A stretch of DNA of 24,000 nucleotides from Candidatus Saccharimonadota bacterium (GCA_043745485.1 JAYTSU010000034.1:21944-45943), one strand, 5' to 3'. Shown: positions 1 to 5,823, counted from the stretch's first letter. The notes: generated by a model from the sequence alone, not told the origin. Numbers and translations are program-made.

Positions 1-706
1 GCGTTGTTACCACTACACGGAGTGGGTCAATCTTCTCTTTTTCTAGATATTTTTGTAACTCTCTACCAGCATAGGTAACATTACCGCCCTTGCCCCGCAC
101 TTCTCCTTCAATTACGGGGTGCTTAACGGCAACAGCGTGCATAAAATCCTTGCCATATTCTTTAACTAAATCGAGAGCCGACTGTTCCGACTGCGCGCCG
201 TTGCGCTCTTCGTAGGCAATAATCAGTATCACCTTTTTCATATCAAACTTGCTCGCCAGACAAGATTTGACGGTTGGTTCCAAAATCTCACGGCTTTCGT
301 TATAAGTGGCAATGATAAGCGCATGGATAACTTCGCTCGGGGGCAAACAGAGCGGCTGCTCTTTGAGACGCTCCACATTATTTCTATGCCACTTTGGTAT
401 CCATTTTAGATCATGCCGCACCTCGCCCGCCTCAATGTCATCAAGCAACATCTGCCAGTCAAGTTTCTGCTGGTTAGCCATGGCATTGTAGCCCTGCAAA
501 GACCGGACATTAAGCCCCACAGACTTAACAAACCAGATCAACAGGAATGCAATGATATAAATTGCAAATAGCGTTGGATTAACCAGACTTAGAACCAGAG
601 GCAACAACAAAAAGGTCCAGCTTACGGCTCCCGGAAAAATCTCCCAAAATCTATACCGCCAACTACGGTCGCGCTCATACGGGATCTCAATATCACGTAC
701 ATTCAT
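1..706 (-). CDS. Glycosyltransferase family 2 (cellulose-synthase-like) membrane protein, N-terminal part; the gene continues beyond the window start
   Basis: The minus-strand frame is open from the ATG at 706 to the window edge, so it is absent from the ORF track. My own translation is MNVRDIEIPYERDRSWRYRFWEIFPGAVSW..(TM)..VIHALIIATYNESREILEPTV..GKGGNVTYAG. The IIxTYNE and GK(G/A)GN motifs are typical of GT2/CESA-like enzymes. The start overlaps the upstream stop by 1 nt (TAATG). Confidence 0.7.
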   Translation of the reverse strand, partial: MNVRDIEIPYERDRSWRYRFWEIFPGAVSWTFLLLPLVLSLVNPTLFAIYIIAFLLIWFVKSVGLNVRSLQGYNAMANQQKLDWQMLLDDIEAGEVRHDLKWIPKWHRNNVERLKEQPLCLPPSEVIHALIIATYNESREILEPTVKSCLASKFDMKKVILIIAYEERNGAQSEQSALDLVKEYGKDFMHAVAVKHPVIEGEVRGKGGNVTYAGRELQKYLEKEKIDPLRVVVTT

Positions 707-1062
707 TATCTTTGTCCCAACAAGGATCCGCTCACAACAATAGCAAATACCGCTAAAATTGTACTCATCACTATTGCGCCAAGAGCTAAGTGTCGTCGCT
801 CATGGTAAACCCGAGTGCTAATCAACAACGACACACCAAAACTAATTAAAAAGAACAAGACAAAGCTGCTCATATCAAATGCATTACCCGTCTTAAATTC
901 GCCTGAACTTGAAACGCCACGGAACTGGATATAATACGTATTGCCTTTGGAGCTATCGAGTTGGAACAGCACCAATAAGATACCGGTTATAACCAAAATG
1001 CTGTTAAGAGCAAGCAGTAGCAGCACCGAACGGTCATGAAAATACTTGGTTGGAGTCGTCAT
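706..1062 (-). CDS. Small polytopic membrane protein, unknown function (about 3-4 TM helices)
   Basis: 118-aa ORF with hydrophobic stretches (VLLLLALNSILVITGILLVLF, FVLFFLISFGVSLLI, LGAIVMSTILAVFAIVV). It is translationally coupled to the downstream GT2 gene. A TATAAT box lies 13 nt upstream of the ATG. Confidence 0.6.
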   Translation of the reverse strand: MTTPTKYFHDRSVLLLLALNSILVITGILLVLFQLDSSKGNTYYIQFRGVSSSGEFKTGNAFDMSSFVLFFLISFGVSLLISTRVYHERRHLALGAIVMSTILAVFAIVVSGSLLGQR

Positions 1063-1088
1063 ATAGGTTCGTTTTATTATACACCATA

Positions 1089-1173
1089 CCCCATGAAACA
1101 GGTTTCATGGGGACCCCCAGTTGAGAGTCTGTCACTATCTGTTGTTCACTTCGCGGTTACAATCTCATTCGTT
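1089..1173 (-). repeat. Copy A of an approximately 85-nt structured intergenic element (5' box AACGAATGAGATTGTAAC ... GGGGTCCCC hairpin, read on the minus strand)
   Basis: Hand alignment with copies at 1738..1821 (+) and 11109..11193 (-). The hairpin CCCCATGAAAC/GTTTCATGGGG lies at 1089..1112. Confidence 0.6.
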
Positions 1174-1195
1174 TTAGGGGGCGTATACTAAAAAT

Positions 1196-1738
1196 ATGAA
1201 GAAGTTCATAAAACCCTTGATAGTAGTTGCGGTAATATCGATATTTTTCTCGACAATCTATGCAGCTTCTCAGTTTATATTACGCTCCAGCGCCAACGAC
1301 CCGCAGATCCAGCTTGCCCAAGATGCCGCCAGCCTGCTTAATGACGGCTCTACGCTAGCTTCGGTCATTACGCCCAAAATTAATGTCGCAACTAGCCTCA
1401 CGCCTGTTGTCATTGTTTACAATCAATCCGGCCACACTGTCGGTACGGCGGCATTTGCCGGGCAATTACCTATTCGCGATATACCCCTCGGAGTGCTCAA
1501 AGCAGCCAGCTCAAGCTATAATGCAGTCACATGGGAGCCAGAGTCCAACATTCGCCTAGCCGCCGTTGCTGTCAAAGCCAACCACTTCTATGTCGTCAGC
1601 GCACGATCGTTACGTGAAGTAGAAAATCGCGAAAGTACTGTATTTAAAATAACATCCCTCGGCTGGCTCATAACCCTGCTCATCATCGCAGTCGCTTACT
1701 TTCTCCCAAAATACTTCCACCCCAAAGACCAGCCTTAA
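1196..1738 (+). CDS. Hypothetical bitopic membrane protein (N- and C-terminal TM helices flanking an approximately 130-aa extracytoplasmic domain)
   Basis: 180-aa ORF with TM segments PLIVVAVISIFFSTIYAA and LGWLITLLIIAVAYFL. I recognise no family motif. A TATACT box (1184..1189) lies 6 nt upstream of the ATG. Confidence 0.6.
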   Translation: MKKFIKPLIVVAVISIFFSTIYAASQFILRSSANDPQIQLAQDAASLLNDGSTLASVITPKINVATSLTPVVIVYNQSGHTVGTAAFAGQLPIRDIPLGVLKAASSSYNAVTWEPESNIRLAAVAVKANHFYVVSARSLREVENRESTVFKITSLGWLITLLIIAVAYFLPKYFHPKDQP

Positions 1739-1821
1739 ACGGTAGTGGCTGTAACCGCGCGTCTAACCTAACAAATTGAAAAATTTCCATCTGGGGTCCC
1801 CGCAAAGCCTGCTTTGTGGGG
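1738..1821 (+). repeat. Copy B of the approximately 85-nt structured element (AACGGTAGTGGCTGTAACCGCG ... GGGGTCCCC hairpin)
   Basis: It starts at the last base of the ORF 1196..1738 stop codon. The hairpin CCCCGCAAAGC/GCTTTGTGGGG (1798..1821) ends 3 nt from the tRNA-Thr 3' end. My hand alignment to copy A gives about 54/85 identities. Confidence 0.6.
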
Positions 1822-1824
1822 AAA

Positions 1825-1900
1825 TGGAGCCACCTCGGGGGGTCGAACCCCGGACCTCATCTTTACGAAAGATGCGCTCTACCAACTGAGCTAAGGCGGC
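1825..1900 (-). tRNA. tRNA-Thr (anticodon CGT), CCA encoded
   Basis: The reverse complement GCCGCCTTAGCTCAGTTGGTAGAGCGCATCTTTCGTAAAGATGAGGTCCGGGGTTCGACCCCCCGAGGTGGCTCCA folds as a cloverleaf. The anticodon stem is CATCT/AGATG with loop TTCGTAA; the T-loop is TTCGACC. Confidence 0.9.
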
Positions 1901-1939
1901 GTTTAATCGAACAGGGGTAATTATACCAAACAATAATGA

Positions 1940-2443
1940 CTATTTCTCTGTTGAATTTACACCCTCTAAAATAAGTCGCTGCCGTTTTTCTTCCCGGATT
2001 GTCAGAATAATTATAAATGCATCAAATATGGTCAGTACCACGAGCCATATCGCAGGCTCATAAAACATCCTATACACCTGATATACAATAAACAGCCCTA
2101 GCAATACAATCATCCCTTTGTACGCCCAAAGTCGCTCACGAAGGATTTCTATAACCAATACAATTTTTGACAGCCCGTGCACGAGCAAATACACCGCCGC
2201 AAATGCCCTGCCCCCACCTGCAAAATGCTGGGCACTTTTTAAAATATGCGTAGCAATAAAATCATGAGGATCTGTACTCAACTCATGCTGGGTTATCCGT
2301 ACAGCTAAGTTCGAAATGCTCGCAGGGTTAATAAAAAGTATTACAATACCACCAATGGTTTCCAAAAGTCCATCAACGGCTTTTAGGATAATCGATACCT
2401 CAAAAACCCGGTCTAGCTTATTAGTAGCTTTAAATAATGCCAT
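1940..2443 (-). CDS. DUF2127-like integral membrane protein
   Basis: 167-aa ORF with 4 predicted TM helices. Its layout resembles DUF2127 proteins; this is recalled similarity, not a search result. A TGgTATAGT extended -10 lies 6 nt upstream of the ATG. Confidence 0.55.
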   Translation of the reverse strand: MALFKATNKLDRVFEVSIILKAVDGLLETIGGIVILFINPASISNLAVRITQHELSTDPHDFIATHILKSAQHFAGGGRAFAAVYLLVHGLSKIVLVIEILRERLWAYKGMIVLLGLFIVYQVYRMFYEPAIWLVVLTIFDAFIIILTIREEKRQRLILEGVNSTEK

Positions 2444-2556
2444 ACACTAACTATACCAGCTAAGGTACTACTTGCTTTTTTACCCCTGTTCTAGTACTAT
2501 TAACTAAACGTGTGACAGGCGTATTTGCTTGATCACCACGTTTTTCGGGCAAATAC

Positions 2557-2632
2557 GGATTCGTGGTGTAGTGGTTAACATGCCTCCCTGTCACGGAGGA
2601 GATCGCCGGTTCAAATCCGGTCGAGTCCGCCA
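2557..2632 (+). tRNA. tRNA-Asp (anticodon GTC), CCA encoded
   Basis: GGATTCGTGGTGTAGTGGTTAACATGCCTCCCTGTCACGGAGGAGATCGCCGGTTCAAATCCGGTCGAGTCCGCCA. The anticodon stem is CCTCC/GGAGG with loop CTGTCAC; the T-arm is GCCGG-TTCAAAT-CCGGT. Confidence 0.9.
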
Positions 2633-2669
2633 AGAAATAGCACTATAGAAATATAGTGCTATTTCTTTT
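2633..2669 (+). terminator. Intrinsic terminator after tRNA-Asp
   Basis: Perfect 15-bp stem AGAAATAGCACTATA / TATAGTGCTATTTCT with a GAAA loop, followed by TTT. Confidence 0.8.
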
Positions 2670-2699
2670 GCTAAAATTTACTGAAATATCCGACAATCT

Positions 2700-2728
2700 T
2701 TGACAATTTATTACTTTTATAATATAAT
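2700..2728 (+). promoter_or_regulatory. Consensus sigma70-type promoter of the hydrolase gene (leaderless-type spacing)
   Basis: TTGACA (2700..2705), a 17-nt spacer, then TATAAT (2723..2728). The ATG at 2738 is only 9 nt after the -10 box and there is no Shine-Dalgarno sequence. Confidence 0.6.
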
Positions 2729-2737
2729 AGTTTAATA

Positions 2738-3442
2738 ATGAACAGTTTCGAAGTAGGCTTTGTTCCGAGCCGTAAAATGGATGCCGGTGCAGCCGTAGTG
2801 ATTTATGGTCTCGACCCTATCGAAGGCCAGCTTGACCGGACTATAGCTGCTTTGGTTGAAGATAATAATGTATTTACCTATACTTATGGCGGCGAAATTG
2901 TACGTGCAGGTAATCCGTTTGCATTGCCCGAGATGATTTCAGCGATCGGTGTAGATATAAGAGATAAAACAGACGGAGTTAACCCTGATAGAGTCCGTAT
3001 GGCTGGTGCGAGCCTTGGGGCATTTGTAGCATACAACATCCAAGAACAGCTTGGATTGCAAACTCCTGGCCTCTACGCTACAGCAGGTGTAAATTTAGCT
3101 AAAAACGTTATGTTTAATCCTATATTTCGCCCTGCCCGAAATGCTTTTGTAAATAATGGAGTTGGTTTAGCCCAGCTCAGTGCAGCATGGGAAGACGTTG
3201 ATATTTTCGGCGATCGCCCAGCAACCGTGCCGAGCGTATGTGCCATAAGTCGAACAGATCCAGTTGTCCCCTACTTTTTTGCTAGTCGAAATTTACGTGC
3301 TTGGGAAGATGCAGGCGCACCAGTTAAAGTTCTGCCAAACTGGGCCACGCGATTTGAAAGTACTTGGCTCCACACTGCCGCTATAAATTATTTTGACAGT
3401 AATATCCGTGAAATTATCGAAATATCAAAATCTCTCAAATAA
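2738..3442 (+). CDS. Alpha/beta-hydrolase fold serine hydrolase (esterase/lipase-like)
   Basis: 234-aa ORF with the nucleophile-elbow motif GASLG (GxSxG). Candidate Asp (SRTDPVVP) and His (TWLHTAA) residues follow downstream in the canonical Ser-Asp-His order. Confidence 0.6.
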   Translation: MNSFEVGFVPSRKMDAGAAVVIYGLDPIEGQLDRTIAALVEDNNVFTYTYGGEIVRAGNPFALPEMISAIGVDIRDKTDGVNPDRVRMAGASLGAFVAYNIQEQLGLQTPGLYATAGVNLAKNVMFNPIFRPARNAFVNNGVGLAQLSAAWEDVDIFGDRPATVPSVCAISRTDPVVPYFFASRNLRAWEDAGAPVKVLPNWATRFESTWLHTAAINYFDSNIREIIEISKSLK

Positions 3443-3480
3443 TACAATTTAAATATCAAATCGAGACTACTATTGTTCAG

Positions 3481-3502
3481 AAATCCGACTCTATGTTCCG
3501 CC
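3481..3502 (+). repeat. Junction repeat R1 (AAATCCGACTCTATGTTCCGCC)
   Basis: Direct repeat shared with 4229..4250 and 4600..4621. It sits 39 nt after the hydrolase stop codon. Confidence 0.75.
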
Positions 3503-3548
3503 AAACGAAGCAACCCACCCTTGAAGGTGGGTTCTTTCGTTTGTTTTC
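3503..3548 (+). terminator. Intrinsic terminator 1 after the hydrolase gene
   Basis: Long imperfect hairpin AAACGAAGCAACCCACC-CTTGAA-GGTGGGTTCTTTCGTTT followed by GTTTTCT. Confidence 0.65.
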
Positions 3549-3571
3549 TAATTTACACTAAATAACAGATT

Positions 3572-3598
3572 ATAAGGTGAGACCTTATTTTTTATTTT
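3572..3598 (+). terminator. Intrinsic terminator 2 (tandem)
   Basis: Stem ATAAGGT / ACCTTAT with loop GAG, followed by TTTTTTATTTT. Confidence 0.65.
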
Positions 3599-3642
3599 CC
3601 GTTTTCATGCTCTGCATAAGCCATAGAGTCATAAAGTGAGTA

Positions 3643-3671
3643 TTGACTTTTTTTATACCATTATATATACT
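3643..3671 (+). promoter_or_regulatory. Promoter of the toxin-antitoxin operon (leaderless-type)
   Basis: TTGACT (3643..3648), a 17-nt spacer, then TATACT (3666..3671). The ATG at 3679 is 7 nt downstream. Confidence 0.55.
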
Positions 3672-3678
3672 TTGGTAT

Positions 3679-3966
3679 ATGAATAGTCTGGATAAAACAA
3701 TCATCAATGTTAAGATTAGCAAAACGCTCAAGCAAGATGCACAAGCACTTGCTGATGAGATCGGTGTGCCTCTCAGTACTGTTGTTATTGCTAACTTAAA
3801 GGAATTTGTACGGAGCCGTTCACTAACAGTTTCGGCATTACCGCGGTTAAAACCTGAAATAGAAAAGGAATTAGGTGATGCTATTGATGATTATCGTAAG
3901 GGTAAGAATGTCTCGCCTGTTATGCAAAATCCGCAGGCTGTTGCTGACCACCTCAAATCACTATGA
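3679..3966 (+). CDS. RelB/DinJ-family (ribbon-helix-helix) type II antitoxin
   Basis: The N-terminus MNSLDKTIINVKISKTLKQDAQALADEIGVPLSTVVIANLKEFV resembles the DinJ/RelB RHH. I chose the internal ATG at 3679 because the tracked TTG start at 3643 coincides with the -35 box. The stop overlaps the toxin start (ATGA). Confidence 0.75.
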   Translation: MNSLDKTIINVKISKTLKQDAQALADEIGVPLSTVVIANLKEFVRSRSLTVSALPRLKPEIEKELGDAIDDYRKGKNVSPVMQNPQAVADHLKSL

Positions 3967-4223
3967 ATGTCGTGTTTCATAAACGATTCGACAAAATGGC
4001 TTCCAGATTGAACCCTAAAATCAAGCAAAAAATGGTTGAGCGAATTACCCTGTTCACACGTGACCCATTAGATAGTCAACTTCGCAATCATGCATTACGT
4101 ACGCCATATAAAGGAAGCAACAGCATCGATATAAATGGCGATATAAGGGCAATTTATGAGCTGATCGATGACGAGACGGCTTTGTTTACTCATATTGGTT
4201 CTCATTCCCAGTTATATCGATAA
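3963..4223 (+). CDS. RelE/YafQ-family (ParE/RelE superfamily) type II toxin, mRNA interferase
   Basis: 86 aa. The stretch LRNHALRTPYKGSNSIDINGDIRAIYELIDDETALFTHIGSHSQLY matches the H-x-L...G...D-x-R-x-IY...G-x-H signature of RelE/YafQ toxins. It has a 4-nt overlap with the antitoxin gene. Confidence 0.8.
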   Translation: MNVVFHKRFDKMASRLNPKIKQKMVERITLFTRDPLDSQLRNHALRTPYKGSNSIDINGDIRAIYELIDDETALFTHIGSHSQLYR

Positions 4224-4228
4224 TTCGG

Positions 4229-4250
4229 AAATCCGACTCTATATCTCGCC
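4229..4250 (+). repeat. Junction repeat R2 (AAATCCGACTCTATATCTCGCC)
   Basis: It begins 6 nt after the toxin stop codon. GCATAAGC follows at 4252..4259. Confidence 0.75.
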
Positions 4251-4309
4251 TGCATAAGCACCTGGTTTACACAGGGTATATAATTAAGATGTAAGTATAG
4301 GAGGTTAGA

Positions 4310-4537
4310 ATGGCAGTAGATCAACTCAATTTAAAGCCTGGTAGCTGGCTCGTGGCTGACTGTGGCAGCATGCCCAGTGATAGTAAATGTCAGTTGGTAA
4401 TGTTGGCGCCAGAAGATCAAAAAGAAGACTTGCTTGATGCAGGCGTAGAACACGCTGTACGCAAGCATGGGCACCAAGACAGCCAGGAACTACGAGACGG
4501 CGTCAGTGGCATGCTACAAGTTGTCGAAATTAGTTAG
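4310..4537 (+). CDS. DUF1059-like small protein
   Basis: 75 aa. The segment ADCGSMPSDSKCQLVMLAPEDQKEDLLDAGVEHAVRKHGHQDSQELRDGV resembles DUF1059 (C-x-x-x-C...E-e-l...H-a...H-G); this is recalled similarity. A strong SD (TAGGAGGT) lies 6 nt upstream. Confidence 0.6.
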   Translation: MAVDQLNLKPGSWLVADCGSMPSDSKCQLVMLAPEDQKEDLLDAGVEHAVRKHGHQDSQELRDGVSGMLQVVEIS

Positions 4538-4599
4538 TTAACTCCAGCTTATTGGCAGCATAAAGTTTGTGTAAGAAGTTTATATAAACACCTATGGTG

Positions 4600-4621
4600 C
4601 AATCCGACTGTATACTCCGTC
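4600..4621 (+). repeat. Junction repeat R3 (CAATCCGACTGTATACTCCGTC)
   Basis: Located 63 nt after the DUF1059 stop. GAAGCAA follows, as after R1, and GCATAAGC (4637..4644) follows, as after R2. Confidence 0.7.
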
Positions 4622-4675
4622 GAAGCAATTGTCTCAGCATAAGCTTAGGCTTCTATTCTTTGACTATACTGAGCC

Positions 4676-5815
4676 TTATACCTTGATGTAGAGACGGGTT
4701 TTTTGTTTATCTTTTACTGGATTTAGGAATGTGCTAAGTTCGGCCAAGTTTATTTGAATATGGCTGGCGTGAGCTTTATCACCTTCAAAGCTGACAAGCC
4801 GGACAATTTCAAGGGCATAACCAGTGTCAATAACTGCGCTTGTCTGCCCTGGTTTGAGAGTGAACAGTGCGGCTGTAACACGGGCATTAATATCGCGGTT
4901 GGAGCGGTCTATAGTGCCCGCATAGTCCCCGTTGGTGGCAGCGGTAACAGCGTCGTTGGAGTATTTTTTGGCCACTTCTCCAAATCCTGCACCACCTCGT
5001 ATCTCGGCCAAAGCTGCATCAGCTTTGATATGTGCTGCTGCATCCAGCTTGCTCACGACTTTGCGGGCCAAGAGTTGCTCACGCAATGAACGTTTAAAAT
5101 CATTCAACGACCAACCCCAAAAGTCACGCAAGACATCTTCGAACACTTGGTCGCTAGTGCCAAGGCGGTTTTGAGCTTTAACAATTGCTATTTCGGCGTC
5201 GACTTCGCGGTTGGTAACGTTTACCTTATTTTTGGTAGCGAGTTCTTTGATGTAGGCGTCATCTACAACACTTTGAAGCGCACGCTGTTTGTAGTTTTGG
5301 AGCTGCTGTTTCCCTTCTTTGGTCTGGAAACTTAACTTCTGCTGCGTCTCGTAATAATGCATATAATGACGAAGTTCGAAAAGATAACTTTCGTAGCTCA
5401 CCATATTGCCATGCACGCGCGCAACTGGGAACGGCACAACCTGCGTAATACGGTACACGAAGGTTGAAGTAGTTTGCAGTTTATACAGCGATATTGCCCC
5501 ATACACAAAAAGGCCAATGACCATAGTAGCAAATATGCTTGAGGATATGACAACAATTCTGTGCTTGGAATGCTGGAGTGGATAAATGTATTTTCTAGCC
5601 CCCCGCAAGACTTCTTCGCGGTGTTCTGCAACAGTATCATTAGTTATAAACGGAACAACAGCCGAGCCCGTTATATTGGTCCGTGCGGCACGATATTCTT
5701 TGACGTGCCTAATTGGGTGACGCAGTTTCTTGGCCTGTTGTAGCCCTTTTTTAACGTTCGGCTTCTTAAGTTTTAGCTTCTTAAGTTGCAACTTTTTCAT
5801 AGCTGGTTTTTTCAT
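4676..5815 (-). CDS. SurA-N / parvulin-type peptidyl-prolyl isomerase (PrsA/PpiD-like), membrane anchored
   Basis: 379 aa with a Lys-rich N-terminus and one TM helix (IVVISSSIFATMVIGLFVYGAISL). A chaperone-like helical region follows. The C-terminal part (FGEVAKKYSND..GDYAGTID..L..LKPGQTSAVIDTGYALEIVR) is typical of PPIC/rotamase domains. Confidence 0.7.
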   Translation of the reverse strand: MKKPAMKKLQLKKLKLKKPNVKKGLQQAKKLRHPIRHVKEYRAARTNITGSAVVPFITNDTVAEHREEVLRGARKYIYPLQHSKHRIVVISSSIFATMVIGLFVYGAISLYKLQTTSTFVYRITQVVPFPVARVHGNMVSYESYLFELRHYMHYYETQQKLSFQTKEGKQQLQNYKQRALQSVVDDAYIKELATKNKVNVTNREVDAEIAIVKAQNRLGTSDQVFEDVLRDFWGWSLNDFKRSLREQLLARKVVSKLDAAAHIKADAALAEIRGGAGFGEVAKKYSNDAVTAATNGDYAGTIDRSNRDINARVTAALFTLKPGQTSAVIDTGYALEIVRLVSFEGDKAHASHIQINLAELSTFLNPVKDKQKTRLYIKV

Positions 5816-5823
5816 ATCAACAA

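Noticed and set aside
306-491. Tracked 61-aa plus-strand ORF. Similar short ORFs were also considered: 4754..5089, 4932..5174, 5147..5335, 5398..5640, 5561..5743, 6221..6424, 6543..6728, 7355..7648, 7842..8036, 8205..8423, 9291..9566, 10453..10635, 10644..10895, 11265..11594, 11548..11814, 11934..12257, 12452..12751, 12963..13388, 14063..14260, 14333..14611, 14690..14875, 15446..15655, 16143..16403, 16306..16524, 16557..16925, 18842..19177, 18868..19104, 19252..19473, 19732..19941, 20006..20191, 22157..22420 and 23430..23612.
   Set aside because: All lie inside, antisense to, or out of frame with much longer ORFs that have clear family signatures. Their translations are low-complexity or Cys/Arg-rich, typical of shadow ORFs, and none has its own promoter or RBS signal.
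1089-1112. The GGGGTCCCC-associated hairpins (1089..1112, 1798..1821, 11109..11132) as ordinary rho-independent terminators.
   Set aside because: No U-tract follows the stem on either strand. Copy A is not downstream of any gene in its conserved orientation. About 60 nt of conserved sequence upstream of the hairpin is not expected for a simple terminator. Clear canonical terminators elsewhere in the window (2633, 3503, 3572, 12119) do have T-runs.
1798-1812. CCGCAAAGCC within the copy B hairpin resembles the ACGCAAAGC core of the c-di-GMP-I (GEMM) riboswitch, which is often linked to pilus genes.
   Set aside because: Only this short string matches. The GGCAAA tetraloop-receptor arm and the two-helix GEMM architecture are absent. 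The other two copies of the element do not keep the string (ATGAAAC, GCAAGC).
3466-3509. R1 region as a tRNA pseudogene or fragment.
   Set aside because: The T-loop-like part has an extra base, and the stretch between it and the CCA-like end is 3 nt too long. No complementary 5' acceptor strand or anticodon arm exists upstream. At most it is an att-like relic, not a tRNA gene.
3643-3678. N-terminal extensions of tracked ORFs: 3643 for the antitoxin, 12723 for pilA, 10353 for a minor pilin and 7101 for the recombinase.
   Set aside because: The extensions start at non-ATG codons or overlap promoter boxes or upstream genes. They would add hydrophobic or odd leaders in front of otherwise canonical N-termini (RHH strand, prepilin leader). 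Internal starts with proper -10 or SD spacing were preferred.
4578-4589. Perfect 12-bp palindrome GTTTATATAAAC in the DUF1059 3' region.
   Set aside because: It is AT-rich and short, occurs in a single copy, and has no flanking conservation with the other junctions. It could be a chance palindrome or a weak hairpin, which is insufficient evidence for a binding site.
3481-4644. Integron cassette array with attC sites.
   Set aside because: There is no intI-type integrase or attI next to the array, and the repeats lack the RYYYAAC/GTTRRRY core sites. Only the first junction has an imperfect-palindrome structure. It is kept as a generic recombination-junction hypothesis rather than an integron call.
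5761-5787. Tandem repeat with a 15-nt period (GCTTCTTAAGTT twice) at the 5' end of the PPIase gene.
   Set aside because: It simply encodes the Lys/Leu-rich N-terminal tail (KKLQLKKLKLKKP). This is in-frame low-complexity coding repetition with no sign of phase-variable length (it is not a homopolymer or short SSR).
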